From Eledone cirrhosa (Eukaryota), in contig OZ024740.1 in assembly GCA_964016885.1 (NCBI GenBank), positions 34,844,001-34,908,000 of the forward strand: a DNA stretch of 64,000 nucleotides. The letters are read 5' to 3'. Every line of letters starts with the position of its first letter. Position 1 is the stretch's first letter. A model generated the notes under the pieces. It made no database searches, was not told where the DNA came from, and saw nothing but the letters and a program-made list of their open reading frames with translations. Made by a program: the position numbers and the translations under genes. Positions 52,409-64,000 of the stretch are shown here, piece by piece.

Positions 52409-53508
52409 TTAAGATTTACTATCAGAAACTGAACATGCACCTTGATACTTGTCATGCTAGTCTTCATTAAGTATTTGATCCTTAAAATATTACATGACTC
52501 TAACTTAATAACTACCTACCCATAAAGAAATCCTTTTTTTCTGTAAAAATGTTTCTTTTAACCTAACCTAGCCAGAGAAAGGATGACAACTCCTAATACA
52601 CTTTCAGAGTTTTAGGCTAACTAAGTTTGAATTTTTTACTCTTAAGCTTTAACGATCTTTAATTTGCCATAAATTCATAAATCATTTTCTTAAAATTTTG
52701 AATCAACAAAATATACAACTTTATATTTTGGCTAACATATGTTTCCTTTTATTATATTTGATTCTTTTAACATTAGGTAAATTATCTACATTTGTATGAA
52801 AGTGTAATCTTTGAATGCGTCTTTCTTTCAATTAGAAACGAAAATTGTAGCTGAAGAAATGATTGTGCTTCTCTAATCATCACGGTGCTAATGAAGCAAT
52901 TATTGAGAAATAACTTTAAATAATTTGTATGAAGTTTCTACATCAGATTTTGAAAAGAACATATCCAATATCAGTAAATGGCCATGTTCACTATTATAGA
53001 TTCTCTCTGTCTGTCTCCCACCTCTCTCTTTCTCTCCCACCCTCTCTCTATCTTCCTATCTTTATTTCTCCTCTTTCTTTCTCTCTCCTCTTACTCTCTT
53101 TCTCTCTTTGTGTGTACATGATGTATCAGTAATAGCTTATATTTAGATAAATGGTTAAATACCGATTTCTTTTATCTAAACACTGGAATAATTGCCGTGG
53201 AGAAGTTGCTAAAAGAAGTACTCAAATTACTTTATTACTATCGGAAGGATAAAGAACAAAGTAACAGCGAAACAGAAATTATATTTAAAACAGAAAGGGT
53301 CATAAATAAATACTGTAAAGCATATTTCTGCTGTTCTAGTTTTTCTGTCAACCCACACTTCTTATATGAATAAATATTAACCTTAATAGCCAAACATATT
53401 AATCTACATGTAGGTATGGCTATTATGTAGCACATATTTATAGAAGTTTAGGAATTTGGAAACAAGAATCAAAATACTAATATTTCCGTACAATTTATTT
53501 CTTTGCAG

Positions 53509-53585
53509 ATTATGTCAAATTAATGGAAGCATACCAGACAGTTATCTCCTTGATGATATGAGCACATATTCACTATATTACCTCG
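53509..53585 (+). CDS. ABCB1: ABCB1-like exon (LCQINGSIPDSYLLDDMSTYSLYYL)
   Basis: ctttgcag acceptor, gtaagg donor. Phases 2 and 1 fit both neighbouring exons. Aligns with LEEDMTRYAYYY. Confidence 0.88.
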
Positions 53586-55193
53586 GTAAGGTTATAGTCT
53601 TTCTATCCCACAAGTTTATATTTCATTAAACTGTCTTTAGAATCTATTTTATAACTTGCTTTAGCGTTGTTTCAAGGGAGGTGATAATGGGTTTCAAATT
53701 TAAAACATTAAGTTAGAACACTACAAGCAGTAGGAAATTGTGCAATTATTATATGTAAGGAAATATATACATATATATTGAATATTGGGTTGAGCGTTAT
53801 AAAAAGTATATTGGTGAGTTCTTTTGAATACGACCTCCGCACTGATAATAACAGTTTAACTACTGTATTGACATAATAGATCGTATAGAATTGCAATATC
53901 ACTTGGATGGGTTTGTCTAGAAACGGAATCAGGAATAGTTTATAATTTGTGTAATACCTACTTGGATGTTGCCTATTATTATAAGTGTCAGTAATATGAT
54001 AATTTGATCGGCTAGCGTAATATTTAAGATAGAAAGACCAATAATCTTTTGTCTGGGTTGAAATTTTCTTGTTGACTGACATTTACTTATTTGATTTATG
54101 TTTTAAGACTTGCATTGCGAGAGCAAGTTTATGACAGGAATGTAATCGTACAAATCTTTTATCAAAAACCAGTCAATTATACATTAATAACCTCTAGACA
54201 TTTAGTTACTACATATGCATAAATTAAAGGTTTCGACAAACATTATCTGTTGAGACTGGCTTAAATAAAAATAATTTAAATAAATCGTTGCAGTATTTAG
54301 CAATGTATTGACAAGTACATGAAGCATTATACTACAGTAAGGAGATCAATGATTGCAAGCAAAGCGATAGTGTACATTTGGAACAAAGAAAAATACGTAT
54401 TGTATTGAATATCAAATATGATTTAGAAAGCGAGAAAACAGAAAAAAGCGTAAATATTGAGTATTCATGTTTGAGTATAGTGAGATTTTCAAGAATATTA
54501 ATGTGGGAGATGACGCTACCTTGTTAATAACTATTTATGCTGGTTTTTCCTCTACAAGCGTTTCGTACATGAAGTATGTGAAGATTATGTGTATGAGGAG
54601 TATACGTTTCTTAATATTTGTATTTCTTCCAGAGCTTTTCTCTTGTAAAACTGATTATCGCCTACAATGTTTTACTTCCATCTCAATAGCTAAGACAAAG
54701 CTACTTAGGCTATAGTAGTACGAAACAATTGAATAAGAATCCCTGACCACGCTTACTTTGAAATAGCTCATCATAGAGGTTTACAGTTCGCTCCTTATTA
54801 CCATGAAATACATAAAAGATATTCATGCATTGGTATGATCTCTATTGTTAATATCCATAGCCTCTCAAAGATATGATTGTGAGAGGCAGTCATATCATTT
54901 CATCCACAATAGAGCGTAAACAAAATCAGAGGAAAATTTTATGTAAGTTTTATAGAGAAGCCATACCGTATAACATGATGCACATCCAGAATACCGTTGA
55001 AATACTTTGACCGACAGAGATAGTGTTTCTAGAGACGACTATATTATTGATATTATGGTGAGCAAAAGTAGTTGTAAGTTACCTAGTCACATTTCTAATG
55101 TCTTCACGAATAACCTGAATGCCTTAACTTCCAATTTTCACCTCAGTCCTAATGGATATATAAGTATAAATTATTGTTATTAATATAGAAATA

Positions 55194-55797
55194 CTAGCAG
55201 TGGTACCCGGCGTTGCACGGGATAAGGTATTTTGGAACGCGGGCTTCCAACAGACCTAATCGTGGAAGAACTGCATGCGTTGACAATATGTAAAGAAAAT
55301 AAACCGAATACTCTGATGGGTGGATAATCTTTAAGATTTTCCTCGATGAAGCAGGAAAAATGCAGGTTTTCACCTAATGCGGACCCTAGAGGATCAAGAA
55401 AATGATTTTTTTTTATGTGCATAATATGCCTTGAAATTTCAGGAAAATCGGCTAGACGTAACGCCTCAAAAAAGCCCTAAAAAGCTGAAAAAATGAAGTT
55501 TTTCACCTAATGCGGGCCCTAGACCATAAAAAAGTTGGATTTTCTTTGCTCACAGCATGAAGAAGAGACTGATTGATACATAGTTACAATTACAAGGAAA
55601 TCAGTCTGACGTAACAACTCCCCCCCCCTAAAACCTGAAAAAACGCAGTTTTTCACCTAATGTGGGGTCAAAATGGGGATCACCTAGGCGATCAAAAAGT
55701 TGAATTTTATGTGCATAACACTCCCTGAAACATAAGTAATACACATGTAAACTTTGAAAAAAGTCGGTTGGGTACTTCCCGAGTTCTAGGGATTCAA

Positions 55798-55851
<54 letters not shown>

Positions 55852-56159
55852 AGACATCCTCAGGGAAGTGACGTAATGCAGACAGTCAGACATACAGACA
55901 GATATTATAAGGGCGCGACGTTATATGTATGTATCTATCTAAAAAGAGAAAGACTAAGAATTATAGAGAGAGATCTCTAAATCGCCTAATGCGGTCCCTA
56001 GGGCATTGAAAATTTGAAATTTGTTTTGCTCAGAACACTCCCTGAAACATAAGTATTACATGTGTAAAGTTTGAAAACAGTTGGTTGGGTGGTTCTTGAG
56101 TTTTAGGGATTCAAACTCACACACACACAGACAGACATCCTCAGTTTTATATATATAGA
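55194..56159 (-). mobile_element. Non-autonomous Helitron with internal repeats
   Basis: TC...ccgtgcaacgccggg hairpin-CTAG termini with an A/T target. Internal cacctaatgcgg repeats. Confidence 0.75.
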
Positions 56160-56301
56160 TATTGCTTACTAAATAAGACGCTTGGACTGGTATAATCTAT
56201 CCGGTATTTCATTGTGTTACTAAAGGGATATATATCCTCATGCCCATACATATACTCAACCATATATTCATTCAAACACATATATTTCTATGTATTCATA
56301 G

Positions 56302-56473
56302 GATTGGCAGGTGTAGTGTTCGTAGTAGCTTACACTCATGTTACCTTATTGAAAGTTTCCACAGAGAAACAACTATTTAAGATGCGAAAAGCATTAATGA
56401 AAAATATTCTGCGGCAAAATCTATCGTGGTTTGATACAAATACACCTGGAAAGTTAACCAGCTACCAGTCGGA
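56302..56473 (+). CDS. ABCB1: ABCB1-like exon, TM2/ICL1 (GLAGVVFVVAY...LRQNLSWFDTNTPGKLT)
   Basis: Acceptor and donor present, phases fit, LRQxxxWFDxxxxGxL motif. Confidence 0.92.
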
Positions 56474-56529
56474 GTAAGTATTTCTTCATTTAATATTAAT
56501 ATTCCTATTTTACCTTTTATTAACAAATA

Positions 56530-57009
56530 CTAGCAGAAAACCACCTTTCGGGTGGTTTTCTGCTAGCATGTGTAATGTGCATATTGATATTATACGCAAG
56601 TATATATGCATGTAGATATGATACATCAAATAAAAACGTAATTGACAATATACACAGAAATTGAACGAAGACTGCGTTACACTGTCTTATATAATCAGTA
56701 ACATAGTCCATGAGACATTAAAAAAGACGATATTATATATAAACTGCATTAGGAGAACATTAGTGACGGAAATATATGAATGTTTATTTAAGCGATCGCT
56801 AACCGGAAGTGTTGACATTTGAAAATTCTAAAGAAGTGAATCTTAAAATAAGCAACAAAATTATTTGTATTTAATCAAGAATAACGAAATTTAGTAAATA
56901 AATTATGTTATATTGATTCATTATTTATTCAAAGTAATCCAACTTATTTTACAAACGGGATAAAAAAATATATTCTGGACGCAGTTCCGCACTCCTTACT
57001 TTATTATAG
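56530..57009 (-). mobile_element. Helitron-like non-autonomous repeat
   Basis: Terminal palindrome ctagcagaaaaccacc-tttcg-ggtggttttctgctag. Second copy at 51946. Confidence 0.6.
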
Positions 57010-57115
57010 TTTAGACAAGTATCTTAGACAAGTAAGTTGTTTAATACTCAAATATATCTTTTTAATTCACAATAAGTGTAATATTTTCTGATATTTCTTT
57101 CTTAACATTTCTCAG

Positions 57116-57287
57116 TGCATTGATCAAGATTTCCAGCGGACTTGGAAACAACATGGGAACGGTGATTCAAACAGCTGCTGGAACTATTGCTTCTTTCATC
57201 ATTGGATTTATATATCAATGGAAATTGTCCTTAGTGTTGTCTTCCCTCACTCCTATACTTGGTTTAGCAACCCTCCTTATGAGTAAA
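57116..57287 (+). CDS. ABCB1: ABCB1-like exon, TM3-4 (ALIKISSGLG...GFIYQWKLSLV...MSK)
   Basis: ttctcag acceptor, gtaagt donor, GFxxxWKLxLV motif. The gene presumably continues beyond the window. Confidence 0.92.
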
Positions 57288-57643
57288 GTAAGTAAACTGT
57301 TGTATTTAAGCTCTTAAACAACTTAAGGAAATATAAACTCGATTGAGCTATTGTTTGATATGTATCTTTCTATTATTACAATATAACCATTTCTCAAGTT
57401 AAACAAAATGTTTTTTCTTTTCTTCATTTTGAAGTATTCGACAAAATTATTTTAACTTTATATTTCATTTGTTTATTTTTAAGAAAGGAAGGTTTTATAA
57501 ATGAAGTAGCTAAACTCGAAGTAAGGTTATAGTTGATTTAACTGGCATTCTACTCCAATTGCTTGATCAACATGTACTATTTAGAGAGGTTAGTTTTATG
57601 CTTGAGAAAAAAAATATAGCACTCACAAATTAAAATAGTGATA

Positions 57644-58923
57644 CGTCGGGTCAATAATCTCTAATACTCGATATGAAAAGAAAAAGCTAGAACATTCAAA
57701 CGAATTTTATTTGAAAATACATTCAATACTAGTAAAGAAAACATTAATAAAGTTATTTTTCAATGTAGCCTCCATTGTTTACAACCATCTTTCGCCATCT
57801 TACCAGTAATTCTTCAAACGCCGCTTTGAAAAATGAATCATCCAAAGAGTTCAAATATTCATTAACAAAACTTTTGAGTTCCTCTCCAGTTGCAAAGTGA
57901 TTACCACTGAGCTCTTTCTTAAGCAGTCTGAAGAAAAAGAAGTCACTTGGAGCAATGTCCAGACTATAAGGAGGGTGAACAAGTTGATGAAAGCCACATT
58001 TTTCAATGCATTCTTGTGCAAGTTTTGCTGTGTGAATAGGGGCATTGTCGATTAGAAGCCAAAGTGGCACATTAGGCGTCTTCCGCTTTTTCTCCTTACA
58101 TTCAGTAACCAGTTTACTAAAATAAGAAGCATTTCAGACCATGCCTTTATCCAGAAAATCAGTGCTAATAATTCCCTTCCTAGTCCAGAAAATTGAAAAC
58201 ATGAACTCACGTCTATGGCTGGTCCCGCTTCTCATTTTGATAGGAGGTTTTTCATCATATTTTCTCCACTCAGCTGAGGTTCTTTTACTTTCGGGTAAGT
58301 ATTTTGAAAGCGTTGTTTCATCTTGCGTGACGATGTTGTCCAGAAACTTCACACCACGATCCTGAAACAAATCCAAGTTTAACTGAGCTGCCAATAATCT
58401 CGCTTCTTTCATTTCAGGGGATAAGAACTTGGGTACAAAGCGACTACACAGCTTTCTGTACCCTAAATTAGATATCATAGATACAGCAGAGCCTTTGCTC
58501 ACCTTTAGTAAACTTGCTAAGTCTTGAATTTTTATCCTCCTGTCGTCACGAATGAATTGTTCACATTGCACTGCTTTTTTGTCTGAAATCTCCGTTGGTC
58601 TGCCACTTTTTGTATTATCGTCCTCAACACATGTACGACCATTTTTGAATTGCCGAAGCCAATAATATACTGTTGCCTTTGATGGACAATCATTATTATA
58701 TACTTTCATCATATCCTTGAGAGTTTCCACAGGTGTTTTTCCAAGTAGAAAGTAGAATTTTATTACACTTCTGTATTCAATTGATGTCATATTTTAATTT
58801 ATGCGCCAACCAATATAAACAAAATTATAATGTATTAAAACGTATTAAAAAAAACTTTTCTTTACTAGTATTGAATGTATTTTCAAATAAAATTCGTTTG
58901 AATGTTCTAGATTTTTCTTTTCA
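57644..58923 (-). mobile_element. Mariner (D,D34D) transposon, frameshifted
   Basis: ORFs 58134-58790 (SGRP, FVPKFL, TQDET) and 57753-58070 (DNAPIH-34 aa-YSLDIAPSDF). Inverted repeats 57673-57740/58856-58923, right end cut by a SINE. Confidence 0.93.
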
Positions 58924-58924
58924 T

Positions 58925-59112
58925 TGGTGGATTGGCAGTATCAGTAGAGGGTCGGACGCCATGCTTTCCAGCATAGTTACGTCCCTTTACGATCTGAGTT
59001 CAAATCCCGCCGAGGTTGACTTTGCCTTTCATCCTTACGGGGTCGATAAAAAAAAGTACCAGTAATGCACTGGGTAATTGCTGGCCTTGTGCCTAAAGTA
59101 GAAACAATTATT
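58925..59112 (+). mobile_element. SINE family 2
   Basis: Head plus central domain. The 3' part is duplicated at 63721-63806. Confidence 0.88.
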
Positions 59113-59114
59113 AA

Positions 59115-62100
59115 TATATATTACTAAACTAAGTTGTATTAGTATATACAACTAAACCAAGTTGCATTAGTATATACAACTAAACCAAGTTGAATTAGTA
59201 TATATAACTAAACCCAGTTGTATTACTATATACAACTAAACCCAGTTGTATTAGTATATATATATAAACCAAGTTGTATTAGTATATATAACTAAACCAT
59301 GTGGTACTAGTATATATAACTAAACCAAGTTGTATTAGTATATATAAGTAAACCAAGTTGTATTAGTATATATAACTAAACCATGTTATATTAGTATATA
59401 CAACTAAACCAAGTTGTATTCGTATATATAGTTAAACCAAATTGTATTAGTATACATAACAAAACCAAGTTGTATTAGTATATATAACTAAATCAAGTTA
59501 TATTAGTATATATAACTAAACCCAGTTGTATTAGTATATATAAGTAAACCAATTTGTATTAGTATATATAACTAAACCAAGTTATGTTAGTATATATTAC
59601 TAAACCAAGTTGTATTAGTATATATTACTAAACCAAGTTGTATTAGTATATATAAGTAAACCAAGTTGTATTAGTATATATAAGTAAACCAAGTTGTATT
59701 AGTATATACAAGTAAACCAAGTTGTATTAGTATATACAACTAAACCAAGTTGTATTATTATATAGAACTAAACCAAGTTGTATTAGTATACACAACTAAA
59801 CGATGTTGTATTAGTATATACAACTAAACCAAGTTATATTAGTATATATAACTAAACCAAGTTGTATTAGGATATATGAGTAAACCAATTTGCATTAGTA
59901 TATATAACTAAACGAAGTTGTATTAGTATACATAACTAAACCCAGTTGTATTAGTATATATAACTAAACCAAGTTGTATTAGTATATACAACTAAACCAA
60001 GTTGTATTATTATATACAACTAAACGAAGTTGTATTAGTATATACAACTAAACCAAGATATATTAGTATATATAACTAAACCAAGTTGTATTAGTATATA
60101 TAAGTAAAACCAAGTTATATTAGTATACATAACTAAACCAAGTTGTATTAGTATATATAACTAAACAAAGTTGTATTATTATATATAACTTAACAAAGTT
60201 GTATGAGTATATATAACTAAACCAAGTTGTATTAGTATATATATAACTAAACCAAGTTGCATTAGTATACATAACTAAACCAAGTTGTATTAGTATATAT
60301 TATTAACCAAGTTGTATTAGTATATATAAGTAAACCAAGTTATATTAGAATATACAACTAAACCAAGTTGTATTAGTATATATAACTAAACGAAGATATA
60401 TTAGTATATATAACTAAACCAAGTTGCATTAGTATACATAACTAAACCAAGTTGTATTAGTATATATCACTAAACCAAGTTGTATTATTATATATAAGTA
60501 AACCAAGTTATATTAGTATATACAACTAAACGAAGTTGTATTAGTATATATAACTAATCCAAGTTGTATTAGTATACATTACTAAACCCAGTTGTATTAG
60601 TATATATTACTAAACCAAGTTGTATTAGTATATATTACTAAACTAGGTTGTATTAGTATATATAAGTAAACCAAGTTATATTAGTATATACAACTAAACC
60701 AAGTTGTATTAGTATAGATAACTAATCCAAGTTGTATTAGTATACATTACAAAACCCAGTTGTATTAGTATATATTACTAAACCAAGTTGTATTAGTATA
60801 TATTACTAAACCAAGTTGTATTAGTATATACAACTAAACCAAGTTATATTAGTATATATAGTTAAACAAAGTTGTATTAGTATACATAACAAAACCAAGT
60901 TGTATTAGTATATATAACTAAACCAAGTTGTATTAGTATATATAACTAAATCCAGTTGTATTAGTATATATAAGTAAACCAATTTGTATTAGTATATATA
61001 ACTAAACCAAGTTATATTAGTATATATTACTAAACCAAGTTGTATTAGTGTATATTACTAAACCAAGTTGTATTAGTATATATAAGTAAACCAAGTTGTA
61101 TTAGTATATATAACTAAACCAAGTTATATTAGTATATACAACTAAACCAAGTTGTATTAGTATATATAACTAATCCAAGGTGTATTAGTATACATTACTA
61201 AACCCAGTTGTATTAGTATATATTACTAAACCAAGTTGTATTAGTATATATTACTAAACCAGGTTGTATTATTATAAATGAGTAAACCAAGTTATATTAG
61301 TATATACAACTAAACCAAGTTGTATTAGTATACATTACTAAACCCAGTTGTGTTAGTATATATTACTAAACCAAGTTGTATTAGTATATACAACTGAACC
61401 AAGTTATATTAGTATATATAGTTAAACCAAGTTGTATTAGTATATATAACTAAACCAAGTTATTTTATTATATATAACTAAACCCAGTTGTATTAGTATA
61501 TATAAGTAAAACAATTTGTATTAGTATATATAACTAAACCAAGTTATATTAGTATATATTACTAAACCAAGTTGTATTAGTATATATTACTAAACCAAGT
61601 TATATTAGTATATGCAACTAAACCAAGTTGTATTAGTATATACAACTAAACCAAGTTATATTAGTATATATAGCTACACGAAGTTATATTAGTATATACA
61701 ACTAAACCAAGTTGTATTAGTATATACAACTAAACCAAGTTGTATTAGTATATACATCTAAACGAAGTTGTATTAGTATATACAACTAAACCAAGTTATA
61801 TTAGTATATATAACTAAACCAAGTTGTATTAGTATATATAAGTAAACCAAGTTGTGTTCGTAGATACAACTAAACCAAGTTGTATTATTATATACAACTA
61901 AACCAAGTTGTACTAGTATACACAACTAAACGAAGTTGAATTAGTATATATAACTAAACAAAGTTGTATTATTATATATAACTTAACAAAGTTGTATTAG
62001 TATATATAACTAAACCAAGTTGTATTAGTATATATAACTAAACCAAGATATATTAGTATATATAACTAAACCAAGTTGCATTAGTATACATAACTAAAGC

Positions 62101-64000
62101 AAGTTGTATTAGTAGATATCACTAAACCAAGTTGTATTATTATTTATAAGTAAACCAAGTTATATTAGTATATACAAGTAAACCAAGTTGTATTAGTATA
62201 GATAACTAAACGAAGTTGTATTAGTATATATAACTAAACGCAGTTGTATTAGTATATACAACTTAACTAAGTTGTATTAGTATATATTACTAAACTAAGT
62301 TGTATTAGTATATATTACTAAACTAAGTTGTATGAGTATATACAACTAAACCACGTTGTATTAGTATATATAACTAAACCAAGTTATATTAGTATATACA
62401 ACTAAACCAAGTTGTATTAGTATATATAACTAAACCAAGTTGTATTAGTATACAGAACTAAACCAAGTTGTATTAATATATATTACTAAACCCAGTTGTA
62501 TTAGTATATATTACTAAACCAAGTTGTATTAGTATATATTACTAAACCAGGTTATATTAGTATATATAAGTAAACAAAGTTATATTAGTATATAAAACTA
62601 AACCAAGTTTTTATTAGTATATTTAACTAATCCAAGTTGTATTAGTATACATTACTAAACCCAGTTGTATTAGTATATAATACTAAACCAAGTTGTATTA
62701 GTATATATTACTAAACCAAGTTGTATTAGTATATACAACTAAACCAAGTTAGATTAGTATATATATTTAAACCAAGTTGTATTAGTATATATAACTAAAC
62801 CAACATATATTAGAATATACAACTAAACCATGTATTAGTATACATAAAAAAACCCAGTTGTATTAGTATATATAACTAAACCAAGTTGTATTAGTATACA
62901 TAACTAAACCAAGTTGTAATAGTATATATAACTAAACCAAGTTATATTAGTATATATAGCTAAACCCAGTTGTATAATATATATATAACTAAACCCAGTT
63001 GTATTAGTATATATAATTAAACCAAGTTGTATTAGTATATACAACTAAACCCAGTTGTAATAGTATATATAACTAAACCCAGTTGTATTAGTATATATAA
63101 CTAAACCAAGTTGTATTAGTATATACAACTAAACCAAGTTGTATTAGTATATATAACTAAACCAAGTATTATTAGTATATATAAATAAACCCAGTTGTAT
63201 TAGTATATATAAGTAAACCAATTTGTATTAGTATATATAACTAAACCATGTTAAATTAGTATATCCAACTAAACCAAGTTGTATTAGTATATACAACTAA
63301 ACCAAGTTATACTAGTATATATAGCTAAACCAAGTTATATCAGTATATACAATTAAACCAAGTTATATTAGTATATATAACTAAACCAAGTTGTATTAGT
63401 ATATATCAGTAAACCAAGTTGTATTAGTATATACAAGTAAACCAAGTTGTATTAGTATATATCAGTAAACCAAGTTGTATTAGTATATACAAGTAAACCA
63501 AGTTGTATTAGTATATGCAAATAAAACCAAGTTGTATTAGCATATACAACTAATCCAAGTTATACTAGTATATATAGCTAAACCAAGTTATATCAGTATA
63601 TACAATTAAACCAAGTTATATTAGTATATATAACTAAACCAAGTTGTATTAGTATATATCAGTAAACCAAGTTGTATTAGTATATACAAGTAAACCAAGT
63701 TGTATTAGTATATACAACTAATTCATCCTTACGGGGTCGATAAAATAAAGTACCAGTAATGCACTGGGTAATTGCTGGCCTTGTGCCTAAAGTAGAAACA
63801 ATTATTATATAGAACTAAACCAAGTTGTAATAGTATACACAACTAAACGATGTTGTATTAGTATATACAACTAAACCAAGTTATATTAGTATATATAACT
63901 AAACCAAGTTGTATTAGGATATATGAGTAAACCAATTTGCATTAGTATATATAACTAAACCAAGTTGTATTAGTATACATAACTAAACCCAGTTGTATTA
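59115..64000. repeat. 28-bp satellite (TAAACCAAGTTGTATTAGTATATATAAC)n
   Basis: Continuous tandem array to the window end, interrupted once at 63721-63806. Confidence 0.97.

Noticed and set aside
53700-55100. Extra exons or coding remnants in non-repetitive intron sequence
   Set aside because: There are no recognisable motifs, and the flanking exons already join in phase.
59115-64000. CRISPR or telomeric array
   Set aside because: There are no unique spacers and it is not a TTAGGG-type repeat. It is a simple 28-bp satellite.

Overview
This is AT-rich, microsatellite-saturated animal DNA. The SINE and LINE complement suggests an octopod cephalopod, which is an inference. It carries the 5' part of a + strand ABCB1/P-glycoprotein-like gene as six phase-compatible coding exons (9286-57287), with introns of about 19 and 22 kb packed with repeats. 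Two satellites bracket the window (1-3300 and 59115-64000). Ordinary repeats include CRE-, R4/Dong-, CR1- and RTE-type LINE remnants (one near-complete RTE with a PHD finger), two SINE families, Helitron-type elements, a Tc1-type MITE and a D34D mariner. The striking feature is a dense set of Penelope-like element (PLE, probably Naiad-type) insertions from about 15 unrelated sequence families, mostly in (TA)n tracts and often fold-back (divergent inverted arms plus an unpaired 3' tail). Most carry a minimal type I hammerhead ribozyme. The unrelated tails share a covarying bulged hairpin (RCTC-stem-loop-stem-[2-nt bulge]-GAGYRCT) that typically starts 4-10 nt past the end of the inverted arm and 35-85 nt before the 3' end. 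I do not recognise it as a described motif. All alignments and folds were done by eye, so repeat coordinates are approximate.
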